This document shows positions 1 through 9,313 of a stretch of DNA of 64,000 nucleotides, piece by piece. Numbering within the stretch: position 1 is the first letter of the stretch; every line of letters starts with the position of its first letter. A model generated the notes under the pieces. That model saw only the letters and a program-made list of their open reading frames with translations, ran no database searches and was not told the DNA's origin. This DNA is from Hyalangium minutum. Its GTDB lineage: Bacteria; Myxococcota; Myxococcia; Myxococcales; Myxococcaceae. The position numbers and the translations under genes are program-made. The DNA is taken from NCBI RefSeq assembly GCF_000737315.1, contig NZ_JMCB01000006.1, positions 248,001-312,000 on the forward strand, in the 5' to 3' direction.

Positions 1-117
1 AACCACTGGGTGGTGAAGCCGGCCAACAGCGTGCTGTGGCACGAGACGGTGTTCAGCTGGCTGGACCAGTGGACCAAGCCGGGCGCCGCGGCTCCCTCAG
101 TCAAGGGCTCGCCTTAG
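1..117 (+). CDS. C-terminal fragment of an S9 family (prolyl oligopeptidase/acylaminoacyl) peptidase, truncated by the window edge
   Basis: Frame 1 reads NHWVVKPANSVLWHETVFSWLDQWTK...*, matching the typical S9 C-terminus around the catalytic His. Confidence 0.75.
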   Translation, partial: NHWVVKPANSVLWHETVFSWLDQWTKPGAAAPSVKGSP

Positions 118-121
118 TCCC

Positions 122-1514
122 GTGTCACGCCTGCTTTCTCTGGCATTGCTGATGCTGCTGTCCACCGCGCTGGTGGGCGGCAGTTGTGACGAGCCGGAGG
201 CGGTGGGCCTCGAAGAGCTGCAGCGGGACGTTCCTCCGCCCTTCGATTACGCGCTGTACTGCGACGTCCACGGGAAGCTCGTGGGCGATCGCTCCGCTGT
301 GCTGCTCGTGCACCGCGCCGAACACCTCGAGCGTGTGTATGCCGACGCACAGGCGGGAGACCGTCGCGCCCAGGCCCTCTTCCGCCAGCTGGAGGCCGTC
401 CTCCAGCGCACCGGAGCGGAGCTGGCGGACCGTTCGCTGGGATTCACCTGTAACTCCCTGCCAGCCTGCGTGGTGGCCTGGCACCAGCTGGACGCGTTCA
501 TGCCTTCGCGCGGCGCGGGAGGCATGCGCCTGCGGCAGGTGATGGCGGACAGCTTTGTTTGCGCGCGAGGCCAAGCTCAAGCACGTGCGCAACACCGTCA
601 TCTCCGCGGCGCTCGACGTGCTGCTGGTGGGCACGGTGCTCAAAACGGGCGCTACGGGTACGGCTGGGGTGGCGGCGGGCACGGCAGAAGCCTCGGCAGG
701 CACCGTGGAGGCGGGGAGACTGGCGCTGGCTGGGGTGGAGACACGTCTGGCGGAGGAGGAGCTGCCAGCGCTGGAAGCCCGGATGGTCGAGGCCGAGGCG
801 CTGGAGGTGGGCCCTCGATACCCCGCCCGCCTGGAAGCATTGACACGCTACCGGCCTTCGGGCGCCCAGCCACCCTCGGGAGTGGAAGCCGACCATCCCC
901 GGTGGACCAGCTACGTGGCCTACTGGGAGCGGCGCTACGAGGAGCTCGCGGGCACCCGACCTCTGTCACAGGGGCAAGTTGCGGTGAAGCCTCCTCTGAC
1001 GTGGGACGCCTATTCGTCCCTACTCGGAAGGTTCCAACGCTCGCTGGAGTTTCAGCGCAGCGCGTCGCGCATGCTTCAGCAGGCTCGCGAACCTGGCAGC
1101 CCTCGGGAGTGGGTGCCCGACATGAAGCAGCCGCTGGCCGCAGAGAACACGGGCCTGAAGCATGAAGGCAGCGACCTTGTCACCTACGCGGATGCTCTGG
1201 TCGTGGACGACGCCTCACTAGGCTCGGGCACTCGGCCGAATGTTCAAACCTTCAGCATGAAGCAGCGCGACTTCGCCGCCATGAGCGAAGGCGACGCCTT
1301 CAAGCAAGCACAGATTGATGCCTTTGAAGCACAGACGAAAGACGGGGGAACCGTCGAAGTGCGCAGGCGTGGCCATCCTCTCTTCGGAAAGAAAGTGGTC
1401 GTGACCCGAGTGCACCTCGTTTATGACGGGAAGGATCTCTCGCTCTCCATCAAGAACGCCCTCTTGAGAGGAGCGCGCAGCCAAAAGGTTGAACTCCACC
1501 TCCATGTCCCCTGA
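122..1514 (+). pseudogene. Frameshifted lipoprotein-like polymorphic toxin (about 462 aa if repaired), putative PD-(D/E)xK-like nuclease C-terminus
   Basis: ORF 122.. has a signal/lipobox-like start (LLSTALVGGSC) and turns into out-of-frame Gly-rich sequence after ADSF. ORF 555..1514 continues FAREAKLK. TTTG is duplicated at 554-561, and removing one copy fuses the frames. The C-terminus has YADAL...FSMKQR. Confidence 0.7.
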
Positions 1515-2853
1515 AGAGTGGACCCAATCTGACGATTTCGTCCTTGAACTCATCTCGCCCATTGATCCGCTGTCGCGCGGCTTTGCGGGGCTCGAGCCCC
1601 TTCTGGACGTTATTGAATCGCTGGACGAAGCGCTTCGCCCGGACACGATGCACTTCATGCGCGGGCGCCGGACTCTGCAGTACTCGCGCCAGATGCTGCG
1701 CAAGCGGTTCCAAGACACTCACGGTATTGACACGGTCAACATCCTGTTTGGCCGTTCTCGGCCTCCTGAGATCATTCTCGACCTCATGGGCAGAACCAGC
1801 GAGGAGGAGGTCACCTGCAGCTTCCATCTGGTGGTGAAGCCTTTCTCCTTCGTCTGCGAGCCCAGCCGCGCAAATCATCATGCTGAGCATTTCGTCTCCC
1901 TCGTACGCGCTTTGGCTTCCTGCATGCCTCTGTTTCACGGCGTGGCTCACAGCCGCACCGATTTCTGGCTGAGCAGCGACCCTCGCGCGAAGAACCCCCT
2001 CGCTGCACCTCGTGTCCAAGAGGCCTTCTGGCTCAACGTCTATGGTCCCCAGATGGTGGAAGAGCTTGGCCGCGAGCGCGTGCTCTCCACGCCGTGCGCT
2101 CACATAGAGGAACTTCCCCACGGCGCCGTCCTCATGCTCACGCGCCCCACCCCTGTGGACTTCGCCTCGGAAGAGGCCCGGCTCGCCCAGGCCCGTGCCC
2201 TGGTCCACCTCCGCCCGGAGCTCTCGCTGGACTCCACCCTGGCTGCCCTCCGCCAGCGCTCCCTCGAGTTCACCCCCGTCCCCATCCACTTCGATCCAGA
2301 TGTGGCCGACATCCTGCTCAAGAAGATCCATTTCGAAGGCGTGGCCGGTGGAATGCGCAAGCACGTCGAGCACTTCAACCAGTACCACCCTCCTCCTGTC
2401 TCCGAGTGGATTCCCGCCTCCCAGGCCCCAGCGCCGGACGTGGACAACGTCCCCGCTGCCATCGAGCAATACGACGGCCTCTATGCCGAGCAGCTCATGG
2501 CCCTTTTCCACGAAAAGGTCCCCGAAGTGATGGACGTCTCCCAGGAGGCGCTTCCCCTCCTCGACTGGCACCTGTGGAACTCGCGCTGGGGTAAGGACAT
2601 CACCCATGAGCAGCGGGAGATTCTCGTCCCCGCCCTGGGCGGCTGGCTCGGCCGCTACTTGGTGAACTGGCTCGGCGGACGGTGGGTCCCTCGCCGCAAG
2701 TTGGAGGAAGCCGCCGTCATCGTCGGCGACAAGGCCTGGCTGCCCTTCCTCCGCGCGCGCCACGCCCTTAACGGGCTGGATGCTCCACTCGATTACTCCT
2801 GCACCCAGTTCTTCCGCGCGGCACAGCGCAGCGCTCACCCGCAGGCGCACTGA
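1504..2853 (+). CDS. Hypothetical protein, probable immunity partner of the upstream toxin
   Basis: ATG at 1504 overlaps the toxin stop. The WLNVYGPQMVEELGRERVLSTP...ELPHGAVL motif resembles myxobacterial immunity-like proteins. A second domain carries LGGWLGRYLV..LGGRW. Confidence 0.65.
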   Translation: MSPEEWTQSDDFVLELISPIDPLSRGFAGLEPLLDVIESLDEALRPDTMHFMRGRRTLQYSRQMLRKRFQDTHGIDTVNILFGRSRPPEIILDLMGRTSEEEVTCSFHLVVKPFSFVCEPSRANHHAEHFVSLVRALASCMPLFHGVAHSRTDFWLSSDPRAKNPLAAPRVQEAFWLNVYGPQMVEELGRERVLSTPCAHIEELPHGAVLMLTRPTPVDFASEEARLAQARALVHLRPELSLDSTLAALRQRSLEFTPVPIHFDPDVADILLKKIHFEGVAGGMRKHVEHFNQYHPPPVSEWIPASQAPAPDVDNVPAAIEQYDGLYAEQLMALFHEKVPEVMDVSQEALPLLDWHLWNSRWGKDITHEQREILVPALGGWLGRYLVNWLGGRWVPRRKLEEAAVIVGDKAWLPFLRARHALNGLDAPLDYSCTQFFRAAQRSAHPQAH

Positions 2854-2889
2854 AGCACCTGCCTCCGTGAGCTCCTCCCGTGCTGGCGC

Positions 2890-5727
2890 TCACTTCGTGG
2901 GTGGAGGCGTCTCCCCAGGTGCCGTGGCCGGCGCTGCAGCCGTGGCCCCACCCGGTGCGTCCACCTTGAAGCCCGCTCGCTCCAGCATGGCCCGCATCTC
3001 GGAGCGCGCCACCGACTTGCTCAGCGCCTCGTTCGGCTCGATGACCTTCTTCTTCACCAAGTCGAGCAGCGAGTCGTTCAGCGTCACCATCCCCTGCCCG
3101 CGCGACGTCTGCATCACCGAGGGAATCTGGAACGTCTTCCCCTCGCGGATCAGGTTCGACACCGAGCCCGTGCACAGCAGCACTTCCTGCGCCGCCACCC
3201 GCCCGCCGCCGATGCGCTTGCACAACGTCTGGGCAACGACGGCCTTGAGCGACTCGGAGAGCATCATCCGGATCTGCGGCTGACGATCCGCCGGGAACTG
3301 GTCGATGATGCGGTCCACCGTGGACGCCGCCGTGTTCGTGTGCAGCGTCCCGAACACCAGGTGCCCCGTCTCCGCCGTCTCGATGGCCGTGGCGATCGTC
3401 TCCAGGTCCCGCATCTCGCCCACCAGCACCACGTCCGGATCCTCGCGCAGCGCCGCCCTCAGCGCGTTCTTGAACGAGGCCGTGTGCACCCCCACCTCGC
3501 GCTGGTGCACCAGGCAGCTCTTGTTCTTGTGGACGAACTCGATCGGGTCCTCCACCGTGATGATGTGGTCCTCACGGTGGCGGTTCACGTAGTCGATCAG
3601 CGCCGCCAGCGTCGTGGACTTGCCGCTCCCCGTCGGCCCCGTCACCAGCACCAGCCCCTTCGTCAGGAAGCACAGGTCCAGCACGTGCCGCGGCAGGCCG
3701 ATCTCCTCCGCCGTGCGGATCTTGTTGGGGATCTGCCGCAGCACCGCGGCAATGCCCCTCCGATCCTCGAAGATGTTCACGCGGAAGCGCGCCGCCGACG
3801 TCTCGTAGGCAAAGTCCGTGTCGCGCAGTTCCTCCCACTGCCTCCGGTTCTTGTCCGGAGCGATGCTGAAGAGCATCGCCTGGAGCTTCTCGTGGGTGAT
3901 GACGCCGTAGTCCTCGATGGCCACCATGTCGCCGTCGATGCGCATGTGCGGCAGCGTCTCGCTCGTCAGGTGCAGGTCCGAGGCCTCACGCTCCAGCATC
4001 TCCTTCATCAGCGCGAGCATCTGCGCCTCAGCCGCGCGCCGGTGGTCCTGGGCCTCCTCGACGGAGACGGCGGGCGCGGCGGGCGTCAGCACGGGAGCCG
4101 CTGCGGCAGCCACGGGCACCGGGGCCTGAGTCACAGGAGCCGCAGGGGCAACCTGGACAGGCGGAGTGACCGGAGTGGGCGGCACCGGAGCGACCGGTGT
4201 AGCGGGAGCCACGGGAGCCGCAGCCGGTGCGGCGGCCACAGGCACCGGAGGAAGCGTCGAAGGCGCTGCGGGAGCGGCCGGCGCCGTTGAAGCAGCAGGC
4301 GCGGAGATAGGAGCGGCTGGAAGGGGAATCGGCGGGAGGGTGGTCGGCCCCGCCGGTGCGGCGGGCGCAGCCACAGTGGCGGTGGGTGCAGGCACCGGCG
4401 CGGTGGTGACCGGTGGCGCCGGAGTGATCGGAGCGGCCGGAAGGGGAATCGGCGGGAGGGTGGTCGGCCCCGCCGAAGCAGCAGGAGCGGCCGCTGCAGG
4501 AACAGGAACCGGCGGGTGCGTCGCAGGCCCTGCATGCGCTACCGGAGCGGCCACAGCGGTGACAGGAACTGGCGAGCGCGTCTCGGGCACGGCAGCGATT
4601 GGAGCCGCCGCAGCCACAGCGGGAGCAGGAACCGGAACCGGTGGATGCGTCGCAGATCCCGCGGGAGCAACAGCAGCAGGAACCGGAACCGGCGGATGCG
4701 TCGCAGGTCCAGCAGGAGCCACCAGAGCGGCCGTGGCAGGAACCGGAACCGGCGCGTGAGTCGCAGGTCCAGCAGGAGCCACCGGAGCGGCCGTGGCAGG
4801 AACCGGAACCGGCGGATGCGTCGCAGGTCCAGCAGGAGCCACCGGAGCGGCCGTGGCGGGAACAGGGACCGACGGATGCGCTGCAGGTCCTGCGGGAGCC
4901 ACCGGAGCGGCGGCGGGAACAGGAATCGGCGCGTGAGTCGCAGGTCCCGCTGCACCAGGAGCCGCCGCAGCCGGAGCAGGAACCGGCGCGTGAGTCGCAG
5001 GCCCCGCATGCGCGATAGGCGTAGCGGGAAGAGGAATGGGCGGGAGGGTGGACGGTCCCCGCTGAGCGGCCGGAGCCGCTGGCACAGCGGCAGGCGCGGC
5101 AGCCGTCGGCACCGGAGGCATCGTGAGAGGCCGCGCGGGAGCGACACGCGCGGGAGCAGCCGCCACCACCGGAGCCGCAGGAGTCTCCGCGAAGGCATTC
5201 GAAGGAATCGGCGCGGGCGTCACCGCCACCGGAGCGGAAGATGCGGCCGCGGCGTTCGGCACCTGCGCGTAGACGACCGCGGGCGCCGGGGGCTCTAGCT
5301 CGAGCGGGGGCGTTGCCGGCGCCTCCTGCGCGATCGTTCCTGGGTCGACAGCCCGGGCCGCCAGCTCGAGCATCTCGTACGGCGAGGCCAGCTCGAACTT
5401 CTCCTCCTCCGCGGGCGCCGGAAGCTGCGTGAAGGGCACCATCGACACCTTCACATGGCCCTGCACGTGCTCCAGCGTCACCTGCACCTGGCCCGCCGGC
5501 GCGGCATACGGGAACGCGAGCGTGCCCTCCGGCGGGAAGCCGGAACGCCGCTCCGCGGGCAGCAGTTCCCCAATCGCGCTGAGTATCTGCGGAGTGGTGA
5601 GGTTCTGCTTCAGCACCGGTAGGAGCCCGTTGGGGGTGCGCATGTTCACACCGCCCCCGGTCTCGATCTGCAGTTCCTGACCGGAGTCCTTGAAGAGCTT
5701 TTCGATGATGGGGTCGAGCCTGGCCAT
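2890..5727 (-). CDS. pilT: PilT/PilU family type IV pilus ATPase paralog with an N-terminal extension and a long Pro/Ala-rich linker
   Basis: ASDLHL, Walker A GPTGSGKST, TVEDPIE, ALREDPDVVLVGEMRD, GHLVFGTLHT, SVSNLIRE. Start reassigned to MARLDPII at 5727. This is a paralog, not necessarily the main pilT. Confidence 0.88.
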   Translation of the reverse strand: MARLDPIIEKLFKDSGQELQIETGGGVNMRTPNGLLPVLKQNLTTPQILSAIGELLPAERRSGFPPEGTLAFPYAAPAGQVQVTLEHVQGHVKVSMVPFTQLPAPAEEEKFELASPYEMLELAARAVDPGTIAQEAPATPPLELEPPAPAVVYAQVPNAAAASSAPVAVTPAPIPSNAFAETPAAPVVAAAPARVAPARPLTMPPVPTAAAPAAVPAAPAAQRGPSTLPPIPLPATPIAHAGPATHAPVPAPAAAAPGAAGPATHAPIPVPAAAPVAPAGPAAHPSVPVPATAAPVAPAGPATHPPVPVPATAAPVAPAGPATHAPVPVPATAALVAPAGPATHPPVPVPAAVAPAGSATHPPVPVPAPAVAAAAPIAAVPETRSPVPVTAVAAPVAHAGPATHPPVPVPAAAAPAASAGPTTLPPIPLPAAPITPAPPVTTAPVPAPTATVAAPAAPAGPTTLPPIPLPAAPISAPAASTAPAAPAAPSTLPPVPVAAAPAAAPVAPATPVAPVPPTPVTPPVQVAPAAPVTQAPVPVAAAAAPVLTPAAPAVSVEEAQDHRRAAEAQMLALMKEMLEREASDLHLTSETLPHMRIDGDMVAIEDYGVITHEKLQAMLFSIAPDKNRRQWEELRDTDFAYETSAARFRVNIFEDRRGIAAVLRQIPNKIRTAEEIGLPRHVLDLCFLTKGLVLVTGPTGSGKSTTLAALIDYVNRHREDHIITVEDPIEFVHKNKSCLVHQREVGVHTASFKNALRAALREDPDVVLVGEMRDLETIATAIETAETGHLVFGTLHTNTAASTVDRIIDQFPADRQPQIRMMLSESLKAVVAQTLCKRIGGGRVAAQEVLLCTGSVSNLIREGKTFQIPSVMQTSRGQGMVTLNDSLLDLVKKKVIEPNEALSKSVARSEMRAMLERAGFKVDAPGGATAAAPATAPGETPPPTK
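4500..5000 (-). repeat. 60-bp (20-aa APAGPATHPPVPVPATAAPV) coding tandem repeat in the PilT linker
   Basis: Lines 4681, 4741, 4801 and 4861 are near-identical in 60-nt register, with degenerate copies on both sides. Confidence 0.9.
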
Positions 5728-5881
5728 GGCTTCGCTCGATGTAGCACGAGAGCGACAACCCCTCCCAGTCCACGCCGAGGTAGCGTCCTCCCTCCCACAC
5801 CACGAGGACACGCCAAAATTACAGACCGGTTAATCCCGGAATGCCTGCCTGCTCCCAGTCTGAAGTCCGAGCGCTCCCTGC

Positions 5882-6979
5882 TCAGCGCGACGCAGTGCGC
5901 GAGGCCAGCTCGCGCTCCACGAAGAGCCGGAGGATGTGCAGAAAGTCCTGCGCGTTGGTGACGACGCCGAAGGCCTGGTGCGTCCCGCGGTCCTTCAGCT
6001 TGCTCACCACGAATTCGGACGAGTCCACGCAAATGGTCGCCAGTTCTCTCAGCGAGCCGTCGGTCTCGGTGCAGAACGAGGGCAGCATGTTCCCCGTGGC
6101 AATCGCGTGCAGCGCCGTGGCGATCATCACCGCCATCGTCGCCTTCACCGTGTGGCGCCGCATCGCGTCCTGCGCCGCCAGGTTGTCCGTCACCACGTCC
6201 GGCAGCGGCCCGTCATCGCGAATCGAGCCCGTCAGCACGAACGGCACCCCGTGCACCACGCACGCGTGCATGATGCCGTCCTGGATGAGCCCTCGCTCCA
6301 CCGCCTTCGCGATGGAGCCCGCCCCGCGCACCTGGTTGATGGCGCGCATGTGCAGGCCGTGGCCGCCCGAGGTCGCCTCGCCCGCCCCGCTCATGCCCAG
6401 CGTGGTGCCGAAGATGGACGCTTCGATGTCATGCACCGCCACCGCATTGCCCGCCAGCAGCGCCTTCACGAACCCGTTGGCGACGAACCACGTCATGTCC
6501 GCCCGCGCCCGCGAGTGCACCAGCGCCGGCCCCGTCACCCACACCGGATAGCCCCCGCGCTCGCGCTCCTCCACCAGCAGCCGGGCCATGCGCGCGTAGT
6601 CGATGGGCTTCTCGCGCGACACCTCGCTCGTCATGAACTTGAACTCGCCCTCCGCGCCCCCCGCCAGCCACGAGGCGTGCACGTAGACGCCCTGGCTCCC
6701 GTCCTCCGCCTGCCCCATCGCCACCCGCTCGCCCTGGCGCACCCGCCGCCCCTCCCGCGTCCACAGCTCCCCGTTCGCGTCCAGCACCAGCGCGCAGTCC
6801 ATCCGAGGCTCGCGCGGCATGCGCCAGCGCCCTCCCACTCGCACGTAGGTGGGCAGGTTCGTCGTGGAGAAGAAGCCCTCGGGCAGGACACCATCGGCCG
6901 GCGCGGGCTCGAAGCGCGCGTCCGGGGCTCGCGCGAAGCGCTCGGCGCTGAAGTCAGGGTGCGGAATCGTCGTGCTCAC
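5882..6979 (-). CDS. TIGR00300-like protein (LOR/SDH-like, related to the ornithine cyclodeaminase C-terminal part of ArgZ/AgrE)
   Basis: PEGFFSTTNLPT...PRMDCAL, GPALVHS, AGNAVAVHDIE, LTGSIRDDGPLP, ATALHAIATGN motifs. Start taken as GTG 6979. Confidence 0.75.
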   Translation of the reverse strand: MSTTIPHPDFSAERFARAPDARFEPAPADGVLPEGFFSTTNLPTYVRVGGRWRMPREPRMDCALVLDANGELWTREGRRVRQGERVAMGQAEDGSQGVYVHASWLAGGAEGEFKFMTSEVSREKPIDYARMARLLVEERERGGYPVWVTGPALVHSRARADMTWFVANGFVKALLAGNAVAVHDIEASIFGTTLGMSGAGEATSGGHGLHMRAINQVRGAGSIAKAVERGLIQDGIMHACVVHGVPFVLTGSIRDDGPLPDVVTDNLAAQDAMRRHTVKATMAVMIATALHAIATGNMLPSFCTETDGSLRELATICVDSSEFVVSKLKDRGTHQAFGVVTNAQDFLHILRLFVERELASRTASR

Positions 6980-7151
6980 CCCGCCACCATGGACGGACGC
7001 CCCACCCGGTTCAAGCACACTGGCCAACCCCCGGGACTTCCAGGAGAAACTCCGCCTGGAAACTCCCGGGAAAATGGCCCCGCAACTTCCGCCCGCCGCT
7101 TGGGTTCATGAGGCCAGAGACGCTGCCGGCACCGCCGGCAAGAACCCAAGG

Positions 7152-7475
7152 ATGACAACCATGATGAAGACCTTCTCTCTGGCAGTGGCGGTGGTGGTGG
7201 GCGTGATGATGGCGGCTCCGGCCGAGGCGGCTCGCGCGGACCGGCGGCAGGTGAAGCAGCAGGCGCGCATCGTCCAGGGCGTGAACAGTGGCGAGCTGAC
7301 GAAGCGAGAGGCCGCGCGGCTCGAGGTGCAGCACCTGGCCGTGAAGCGCGAGGTCCACCAGGCCCGCGCCGATGACGGCCACATCGACGCCGCCGAGCGC
7401 GCGAAGATCGAGCGCCACCAGGACCGGCTCAACCGCCGCATCTACGTCCAGAAGCACGACGGCCAGTCGCGCTGA
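7152..7475 (+). CDS. Small secreted helical protein
   Basis: Signal peptide (KTFSLAVAVVVGVMMAAPAEA), then QGVNSGELTKREAARLE / DGHIDAAERAKI repeats. Confidence 0.75.
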   Translation: MTTMMKTFSLAVAVVVGVMMAAPAEAARADRRQVKQQARIVQGVNSGELTKREAARLEVQHLAVKREVHQARADDGHIDAAERAKIERHQDRLNRRIYVQKHDGQSR

Positions 7476-7556
7476 GCCTGCCTCGCCGACTCTCCGACAC
7501 TCCCTGGCGGGGGAGCGAGCAACGGCCGGGACCGGACGCTACAATGGGTCCTGATC

Positions 7557-8348
7557 GTGGAACGCACCCGCCAGGCCCCTCCGGCCTCCTCCGACGAGAG
7601 CGAGGCTGTCTCCCTCCCCTCTGTCGAGGGAGAGGAGGCCGCCGTCTCCCGTGCCGAGCGCCCGAGGGTCTCCGTCCCGGAGGACCTGCCACCACTGGCC
7701 ACGCTGGTGGAGGAGGTTCGCGCTCCAGGCGCTGGCCGCGCCGAGGTCGACGCGCTGCTCGCGGGCCTCTCCCAGCCGCTGCCCCCCGAGCACTCCCCGC
7801 GTGAGCGCGCCGACCTGCTCCTGTCAGTCATCGGAGACGAGGTGATCGCCACCTATACGGGCTCGGACGGCGGCACGGTGCGCGGGGCCGCGATCCAGGC
7901 ATTGATCGCGCTCGGCTATCCCTATGCCCTGGAAGTCCCTCCCGAAGCGCTGGAGGCCTTCTCCCGCGAGAAGGGAGCCCTGGACAGCCTCTCCGCCGGC
8001 ACGAGCGGGTCCGGGTTCGGGCTCGTCATCCTGGCCGCCGTGGCGCAGGCCGCCTATGTGGGCTACGCGCTCCTGGCGGAAGGGCTCCCCACATTCACGG
8101 CGGGGGCCGCCCTCGCCATCATCTTCGCCACCACGCTGCTCCCCGCCCTCCTGGCCATGGGGGGGCAGCGAACGGGCTCCAGCGGCCTCAAGAAGGTGGG
8201 CACCGTCTGGCTGAAGATCGTCTCCTGCCTCTGGGCCGCCGTCGGCCTCCTGTCCCTGGGCAGCCTGGCGTTCGCCCTGATTCCCCTCATCCTGGCGGCC
8301 CTCATCTACTGCGGTGCCCGGTTCATGGACTCGCCGGACGAGCGCTGA
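7557..8348 (+). CDS. Hypothetical membrane protein (soluble N-terminus, about 4 C-terminal TM helices)
   Basis: 263-aa ORF with hydrophobic C-terminal segments. Confidence 0.7.
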   Translation: MERTRQAPPASSDESEAVSLPSVEGEEAAVSRAERPRVSVPEDLPPLATLVEEVRAPGAGRAEVDALLAGLSQPLPPEHSPRERADLLLSVIGDEVIATYTGSDGGTVRGAAIQALIALGYPYALEVPPEALEAFSREKGALDSLSAGTSGSGFGLVILAAVAQAAYVGYALLAEGLPTFTAGAALAIIFATTLLPALLAMGGQRTGSSGLKKVGTVWLKIVSCLWAAVGLLSLGSLAFALIPLILAALIYCGARFMDSPDER

Positions 8349-8508
8349 CGCTCCCGGGACTCCATCCCACCCCCGTCTTTCCGGGCACTTCCACACCCGC
8401 ACCTCAATTCTCGGGAAATGTGGGGAAAAATAATCTGGATACGCAACTTGTGGGACTCAGGTTTCGAGAATCCTGGCAAATCTTCCAGCCGCTCTCGGAG
8501 CCCGCCCC

Positions 8509-9207
8509 ATGAACTACCGCATTCAGTCTGGCGACACCCTCTCTCGGATTGCTCGCAACTACGGCACCTCCGTCAGCGCGCTGATGAAGGCCAATCCGCA
8601 GATCCAGGACGCCAACAAGATTTACTCCGGGCGCTCGCTGAACATCCCCGGGTCGCGTGACGAGTTCATCCCCAGCAGCGGCCGTCCGGGCTCCGCGGGC
8701 CGTCCTTCCGCTCCCTCGCAGGCGGGTGGCGCCACGGGCCCCTCGGCTCCGTCGGAGGGCACGCGCGGCCCCGGTGGCAGCCCGTTCGACATCGCCCAGG
8801 CGAACCTGGGCAAGAACGCCGGCTCGCTGAAGATGGAGAAGAGCGGCGTGGGCGCGGACATGGAGGACTGGGTCCCGAACGACGTGAACTGCGCCAACTT
8901 CGTCTCCGCGTGCCTGGAGCAGGCCGGCCAGATCAAGGACAGCCAGCACAACAACTCGGTGTACGGCCTGCAGGGCAACCTGGACAAGGACCCGAACTTC
9001 AAGCGCGTCTCGCTGGCCGAGGCCAAGCCGGGCGACGTGGTGAGCATGAAGACGCCGGGCGGGCAGCATGTGGTGATGTTCGCGGGCATGAAGGATGGCA
9101 AGCCCCAGTTCATCGGTTCGAACAACGTGAACCCGGACGGCTCCCAGAAGATCACCATCTCGTCGATGAACTACCCCATCATGTCGATCCACCAGTATCG
9201 TGGCTGA
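8509..9207 (+). CDS. LysM domain + CHAP/NlpC-P60-like putative peptidoglycan hydrolase
   Basis: YRIQSGDTLSRIA...ALMKANPQIQDANKIYSGRSLNIP is LysM. NCANFVSACL, GDVV and HVVMF give a Cys-His dyad. Confidence 0.85.
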   Translation: MNYRIQSGDTLSRIARNYGTSVSALMKANPQIQDANKIYSGRSLNIPGSRDEFIPSSGRPGSAGRPSAPSQAGGATGPSAPSEGTRGPGGSPFDIAQANLGKNAGSLKMEKSGVGADMEDWVPNDVNCANFVSACLEQAGQIKDSQHNNSVYGLQGNLDKDPNFKRVSLAEAKPGDVVSMKTPGGQHVVMFAGMKDGKPQFIGSNNVNPDGSQKITISSMNYPIMSIHQYRG

Positions 9208-9313
9208 GACAGTCTGAAATATCCGGTTGGAGCCTTCATCCCCCACTTCAGCCGTCCATCACGGGGCACCCGTCTCATCCCAGCGGGCGCCCCGTGTCAT
9301 TTGCGGGGTAGGG

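Noticed and set aside
4028-5803. Alternative-frame and antisense ORFs over the PilT linker
   Set aside because: Low-complexity GC-rich repeats lack stop codons in several frames. Only one frame connects to the PilT motifs.
8474-8490. TGGCAAATCTTCCAGC as a sigma-54 promoter for the LysM gene
   Set aside because: The GG-to-GC spacing is 11 nt rather than the required 10.
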